Source: an uncultured cyanobacterium (GTDB lineage Bacteria; Cyanobacteriota; Cyanobacteriia; Pseudanabaenales; Pseudanabaenaceae). Taken from it: DNA of 64,000 nucleotides. The stretch spans positions 2,048,001 to 2,112,000 of the forward strand of contig OY969811.1 of NCBI GenBank assembly GCA_963703315.1. Direction: 5' to 3'. Below, piece after piece: positions 59,327-64,000 of this stretch (positions are counted from its first letter, which is position 1; every line of letters starts with the position of its first letter). A model generated the notes under the pieces. The model did not search any database, had not been told where the DNA came from, and worked only from the letters and a program-made list of their open reading frames with translations. A program made the translations under genes and the position numbers.

Positions 59327-60988
59327 CTACTTCTTATCATTTAGCGTAGTTACTTCATCGATTGTGCCGTTGCTGCCTTTGTCGAGTTCTAACGTCAACT
59401 TGGCTCCATTACCAGTCCACTTTGCGTAGTCAAGATAAAGTGTATCGCCCGAAGCTAAAGTTAAGTCTTCACCTTCAAAGCTTTGCTCTCGCTGGTCATC
59501 AATGCGCGAAAGAATCAGATTAAAAATTGCTTCTTGTTTTGTATCAGCAATTTTGATACCGAGGCGACCTTTCTCTGTGTCCAGATTGGCGCTTATAGTA
59601 CCACCTGCATCAATATCCACACTGTCTAGCTCAAACTCGTAGTCATCTTTGTCGGTAGCAATCCCAAAAAAGATGTTAGGCGCTTCGGAGTTGCTGGGCT
59701 TGTAAGATAAGCTGCGACCATTGGCACTGAATTGAATAGAGTCTTTCTGCTGAGGCAATACCTTGATTCCCGATAGTCCGAGATCGTAACTAGGTCCAAT
59801 CATCATTATATCCGTCAGTTTGTTGCTCTTCGTTTTGCTATTGCCTTGTAGAGTCATAGTGAAAGGAATACCAGTAGGAATATTGTAGATTGGGTCCCCC
59901 TGATTTTTGAGATCAGCATTCTTGAGGCGAATAAAGGAAGCTCCAGGAAAAGCATTTATAAACTTACCGTTTTCATAGCCAATCTTGTTACTACCGTTGG
60001 CGATCAGTAGAGTGGATTCGCCCTCTAAAAAAATCTGGTTAAATTTATCTGCGGTGATTGCCTTCTCTTTAGCAATAATTTCTCCAGAGCTATTGCTTGC
60101 AGCGTCCGTGCTATCACAGAAATTACACTGTTGTTGCTTTAAACGAGGTGGAGTTGGGGTGAGTGTGAGTGACTTTGATTGTGCATCACCTTCATAGGGA
60201 GCCTCAGCTACATCAGGATTGGTAGAACCTGTATATTTCCATGTATTAGCTTTGAGATCAACTTCAACACGGCGCTCAGTTTTGGGATAGTTGTTGTCGT
60301 AGGAAAGCACCGCTACTTTACCATCACCCAAATCTTCGATCGCATAGGGTGTAATGGCATGACCACCCTTGCCATCTTTTTGGGTAATTCCGACAGTATA
60401 AGTGTTGGTGGCATTGGGTTTTAAGCTATTTTCTAGCAAATCTACGATCTCCTCTGGAGTCTTTTTAATCTCTGCATTAGAAGTTGGTGAGACAACTTGA
60501 GTTGCCCACCAGTAGGCAATTTCGCGCTGAAGTTTCTCGTTGCCTTCTAGCACTAAGTCGGCTGTAGCTTTATTACCAAATTCCTCAGCTTTTGCTTTGT
60601 CAGTGTAGAGTAATAGGCTTAGCACAGCCATGCCTTCGCAATGGCCGCCGTTCATTTCTTTATTAGTCGATTCCATCCATTTTTCAGCAGGTGGAGTCAA
60701 CACACATTCAGCCCCTTCCGTAGCGCAAACCTTCTCACCAAACATCTTTCGCATATCAGATGGGGTGAGATTAGTGATGCTGCTTTTATTGATATAGTTC
60801 TCAAAACTAAAACTATCAGTTTCGGGACGAAATCCCAGATCTGCGATTATGGCTTTGTTTTTGCCGACATCTGAGGCGATCGCCGTTTTAGCACTTTCCA
60901 TGGCTTCATGGGGCTGAGCATTCAATAGAATGGTGATGGCACTGAGCGTGGCGATCACTAAAAACCAAAACGATCGAATACGAATCAT
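59327..60988 (-). CDS. Secreted protein, putative papain-like Cys-His-Asp peptidase
   Basis: Signal peptide; 'GGHCEGM', 'GGHAITPY', 'YDNNYP'. Confidence 0.6.
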   Translation of the reverse strand: MIRIRSFWFLVIATLSAITILLNAQPHEAMESAKTAIASDVGKNKAIIADLGFRPETDSFSFENYINKSSITNLTPSDMRKMFGEKVCATEGAECVLTPPAEKWMESTNKEMNGGHCEGMAVLSLLLYTDKAKAEEFGNKATADLVLEGNEKLQREIAYWWATQVVSPTSNAEIKKTPEEIVDLLENSLKPNATNTYTVGITQKDGKGGHAITPYAIEDLGDGKVAVLSYDNNYPKTERRVEVDLKANTWKYTGSTNPDVAEAPYEGDAQSKSLTLTPTPPRLKQQQCNFCDSTDAASNSSGEIIAKEKAITADKFNQIFLEGESTLLIANGSNKIGYENGKFINAFPGASFIRLKNADLKNQGDPIYNIPTGIPFTMTLQGNSKTKSNKLTDIMMIGPSYDLGLSGIKVLPQQKDSIQFSANGRSLSYKPSNSEAPNIFFGIATDKDDYEFELDSVDIDAGGTISANLDTEKGRLGIKIADTKQEAIFNLILSRIDDQREQSFEGEDLTLASGDTLYLDYAKWTGNGAKLTLELDKGSNGTIDEVTTLNDKK

Positions 60989-61181
60989 AAACTAACTCCG
61001 TCGCTAGGAAAAACCTGCGCTTAATTACAACAAATTGTGTCAGCGAAAAGCGCTATAGGTTGTTTCTGCCCTGAATAACTTATATAACCTAAGTTGCTAC
61101 CCATCTAAATATAAAAATAAAAGGCTCGCTTTGCGAGCCTTTTATTTTGTCAAATATCAAAGGCGATCGCCCCTTTTATTT

Positions 61182-62606
61182 TTACTTCATCCACTCAGTG
61201 TGGAAAAATTCGCCTCTGGGCTTGTCGGTGCGCTCATAGGTGTGAGCGCCGAAGTAATCGCGCTGAGCCTGTGTCAAGTTTTGAGGCAAGCGATCGCGTC
61301 TGTAACTATCGAAATAATCGAGAGACGCACTAAACGCAGGGATCGGAATACCCAACTGTGCCGCCGCTACAACCACCTTGCGCCATGCTGCTTCTTTGGT
61401 CAGAATCGTTTGCTTGAAATCTTCATCCACCAACAGGTTAGGCAATTGAGGGTTGCGCTGAAAAGCCAGCTTGATCTTGTCAAGGAATGCTGCACGGATG
61501 ATGCAACCACCTTTCCAGATACGGGCAATTTCACCCAGATTTAAGTCATAGCCAAAGTCACGGGAAGCCGCACTAAGTAATGCCATACCTTGAGCGTATG
61601 AACAAATCTTAGAACAGTACAGCGCGTCACGAACCGCATCAATAAACTCTTGGCGATCGCCTTCATACTTACCAGAAGTCGAACTGACAAGAACCTTCGA
61701 GGCGGCCACCCGCTCTTCTTTGTAAGAAGAAATTACACGAGCCGTCACCGCCGCGATCATCGTTGGGATCGGTACTCCCAAATCAAACGCACTTTGCACT
61801 GTCCATTTACCAGTACCCTTTTGACCTGCCGCATCAAGAATTTTGTTGACCAGTGCATCCCCTGTCAGGTCATCGGTTTTGGTAAAAATATCCGCCGTAA
61901 TATCGATTAGATAGGAATCAAGCTCAGAACTGCGCCATGCAGTGAAGGTGTCATGCAACTCACTCGCCGTTAAACCCAAGCCAGAACTTAACAAATCGTA
62001 AGCCTCTGCAATCAACTGCATATCGCCATACTCAATGCCGTTATGCACCATTTTCACATAATGCCCCGCACTGCCCTTGCCGATATAGGTTACACAAGCG
62101 CCATCATCGACTTGAGCCGCGATCTTAGTCACGATTGGCTCGATCTCCGCGTAAGCAGACTTCTGACCACCAGGCATCATACTTGGTCCATTAAGTGCGC
62201 CCTCTTCACCGCCACTCACGCCCATACCGATGAATTTGAGATTAATTTTCTCTAGCTCGATGGTGCGGCGATCGGTGTCGTTATACAAAGAGTTACCACC
62301 GTCAATAATGATGTCGCCTTCTTCCAAAAATGGAATTAGTTCTTGGATTACGGCATCCACAGGCGCTCCAGCCTTGACCATAATCATCATTTTGCGTGGA
62401 CGCTCTAAAGATGCGACAAAATCAGCGATCGTAAATGTGCCTTTAAAATTCTTTCCAGCCGCACGGGTAGCAAGAAACTTGTCGGTTTTGTCGCGACTGC
62501 GGTTGTAAACGCTCATTGAAAAACCATTGCGCTCAATGTTTAGAGCAAGGTTTTCACCCATCACCGCCAAACCAATCAATCCAAAATTTTGCTTGTCAGA
62601 TGCCAT
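61182..62606 (-). CDS. gnd: 6-phosphogluconate dehydrogenase (NADP+)
   Basis: 'GLAVMG.NLALN', 'YNRS', 'VKMVHNGIEY', 'QKGTGKWT', '[12 protein letters not shown]'; ATG 62606 with GGAGAGG RBS. Confidence 0.97.
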   Translation of the reverse strand: MASDKQNFGLIGLAVMGENLALNIERNGFSMSVYNRSRDKTDKFLATRAAGKNFKGTFTIADFVASLERPRKMMIMVKAGAPVDAVIQELIPFLEEGDIIIDGGNSLYNDTDRRTIELEKINLKFIGMGVSGGEEGALNGPSMMPGGQKSAYAEIEPIVTKIAAQVDDGACVTYIGKGSAGHYVKMVHNGIEYGDMQLIAEAYDLLSSGLGLTASELHDTFTAWRSSELDSYLIDITADIFTKTDDLTGDALVNKILDAAGQKGTGKWTVQSAFDLGVPIPTMIAAVTARVISSYKEERVAASKVLVSSTSGKYEGDRQEFIDAVRDALYCSKICSYAQGMALLSAASRDFGYDLNLGEIARIWKGGCIIRAAFLDKIKLAFQRNPQLPNLLVDEDFKQTILTKEAAWRKVVVAAAQLGIPIPAFSASLDYFDSYRRDRLPQNLTQAQRDYFGAHTYERTDKPRGEFFHTEWMK

Positions 62607-63332
62607 AAAATCCTCTCCATCCATTGAAACATCGGCAGATATCATCTACCTATAGTCGATAAGTCTCAGGATCAATTTTCCTGAACTTGAGGACAAAAGT
62701 ATCGTAAGGGCTGATTTAGCGGGGATCGCAAATCCTTTGTAAATCCTTAATACCATTAGCTGAAAAAATGCAGATTCTCAAACTATATTTCAGCTACAGC
62801 GCCTTGCGCTAAATTAAAACCCAAAGAAATCTTTGAAAGCGCGGCAGAGCCGCGCTTTCAAAGATTTCTTCGTAAGGCTTGTGCCGCCCGCATAGTGGGC
62901 GGCACAAGCTCTGATTTTGGGTTTTAACTTGCTGAGCTACTTACTTCAAACCTCAACAGCCTGTAATGCGGAAATTCTGTGAAGGATTTACAAGGCTGAC
63001 ATGGAAAGGTGTATGCTTATTTGAGTTAAAATACACAAATTGGTAGCTAAGCTAAAATCGAACTTATGCAATAGTGCTAACTAGACTAAAGCCATAGAGC
63101 CAATTAGCAAGGGGATAAGTTAGACTACCTAAATATTTTATTTTTTGCGGAACTTTAGTTTAGGTAGGTTTTAAGTATGTTTTTGTCTCAGGTGACACTG
63201 GGGTATTTATCAACCAAGTTCCTTTTTGTACAGTTTGTATAAAATAGATTGAATGTTGATTGACATAGTTTTCTAGCAGTTGCCCAGTAAGGTCGAGTCC
63301 GCATTAGACACCTTAGTTTTCTGGAGGTTCAG

Positions 63333-64000
63333 ATGAGTAAAATCAATAAGCCAAGCCAATCCGATGACGCGAATAGTAAAAACTTACCGAAATCTGTTAC
63401 ACCTAAACCTCCAATTAAAGATTTGCCTAAATTAGAAGTTGTCAAAGTTATTGCTCCGAAGTCTCCAGAGTCTCAGCAGACTGAAGATCAAGACATATCA
63501 AAGCAGCCAGTTAGCTCTGTTCCCGCTATTCCTAAGGTTATTCCTGCCTCTGCAAGGGTTAAGCCATCAACCGTGAACCGTTCTGAGGATGCTCCACAAA
63601 GTTCTCCAGAACCTAAAGTCTGTTTACAGCCGATTCCCGAAGCAACAGAGCCATTTCAATACAGAGCGATCGGGGTGATTTATGGGCGCTATGTTGCCAA
63701 TGAAGATAACTTTGCTAAAGGTCATATCCTCACGCCTGACGGATCTCAGGTTGATGCTGTATTACTTGGCAAAATTATTTCGATTGTCAAGAAACGCTTA
63801 CAAAGCGATCGCGAATATTTGTGGGTAGCCTATCCGCGCACCAATGACAAGGCTGGCAAGCTCCACGTACAAATATCGGGCGTGTGGGCTCCTGTTGAGC
63901 TTGGCAGATCAGATGTACCAATTGATCCTAATGTTCAGGATGGTTATTTCTCTGTACGCGGCGAGATATCCAGTCAGTCGATTGAGGAAAACTCGGTCAT
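63333..64000 (+). CDS. Hypothetical protein, partial (runs off window end)
   Basis: GGAGG RBS then MSKINKPS..., Pro-rich N-terminus, 'QYRAIG.I.GRY', 'WV.YPRT'; open to the window end. Confidence 0.75.
   Translation, partial: MSKINKPSQSDDANSKNLPKSVTPKPPIKDLPKLEVVKVIAPKSPESQQTEDQDISKQPVSSVPAIPKVIPASARVKPSTVNRSEDAPQSSPEPKVCLQPIPEATEPFQYRAIGVIYGRYVANEDNFAKGHILTPDGSQVDAVLLGKIISIVKKRLQSDREYLWVAYPRTNDKAGKLHVQISGVWAPVELGRSDVPIDPNVQDGYFSVRGEISSQSIEENSV

Overview
This is a 64-kb chromosomal window from a cyanobacterium. The HIP1 octamer GCGATCGC is very frequent, and gene content and style suggest a Pseudanabaena-like organism (inference). Core genes include leuS, groES-groEL with CIRCE, ispF, purC-bamA-lpxC-fabZ-lpxA, eno, rpsB, anmK, gnd and tRNA-Asn, interleaved with accessory blocks. 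Three complete IS elements (IS1, IS1634, IS630), each with visible TIRs and target duplications, split three genes that can be reconstructed in frame, and a 218-bp MITE shares ends with the IS1634. The main observations are: (1) katG is bracketed by two inverted copies of a 149-bp hairpin-rich element, with a 5-bp direct repeat only at the outer ends, suggesting a transposase-free composite mini-transposon. (2) A two-gene operon pairs a DUF4297/Cap4-like nuclease with a degenerate UPRTase-like PRTase, a candidate defence system. (3) A PARIS-like ABC-ATPase + TOPRIM pair follows leuS. (4) Two integrase-free cargo blocks are bounded by ~105-bp direct repeats (the leuS upstream region and the gnd 3' end). 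(5) An XRE-GNAT-small acidic protein operon. (6) Many intergenic palindromes share a GC-NNA-GC centre. All family calls come from motif recognition by eye; no database searches were run.
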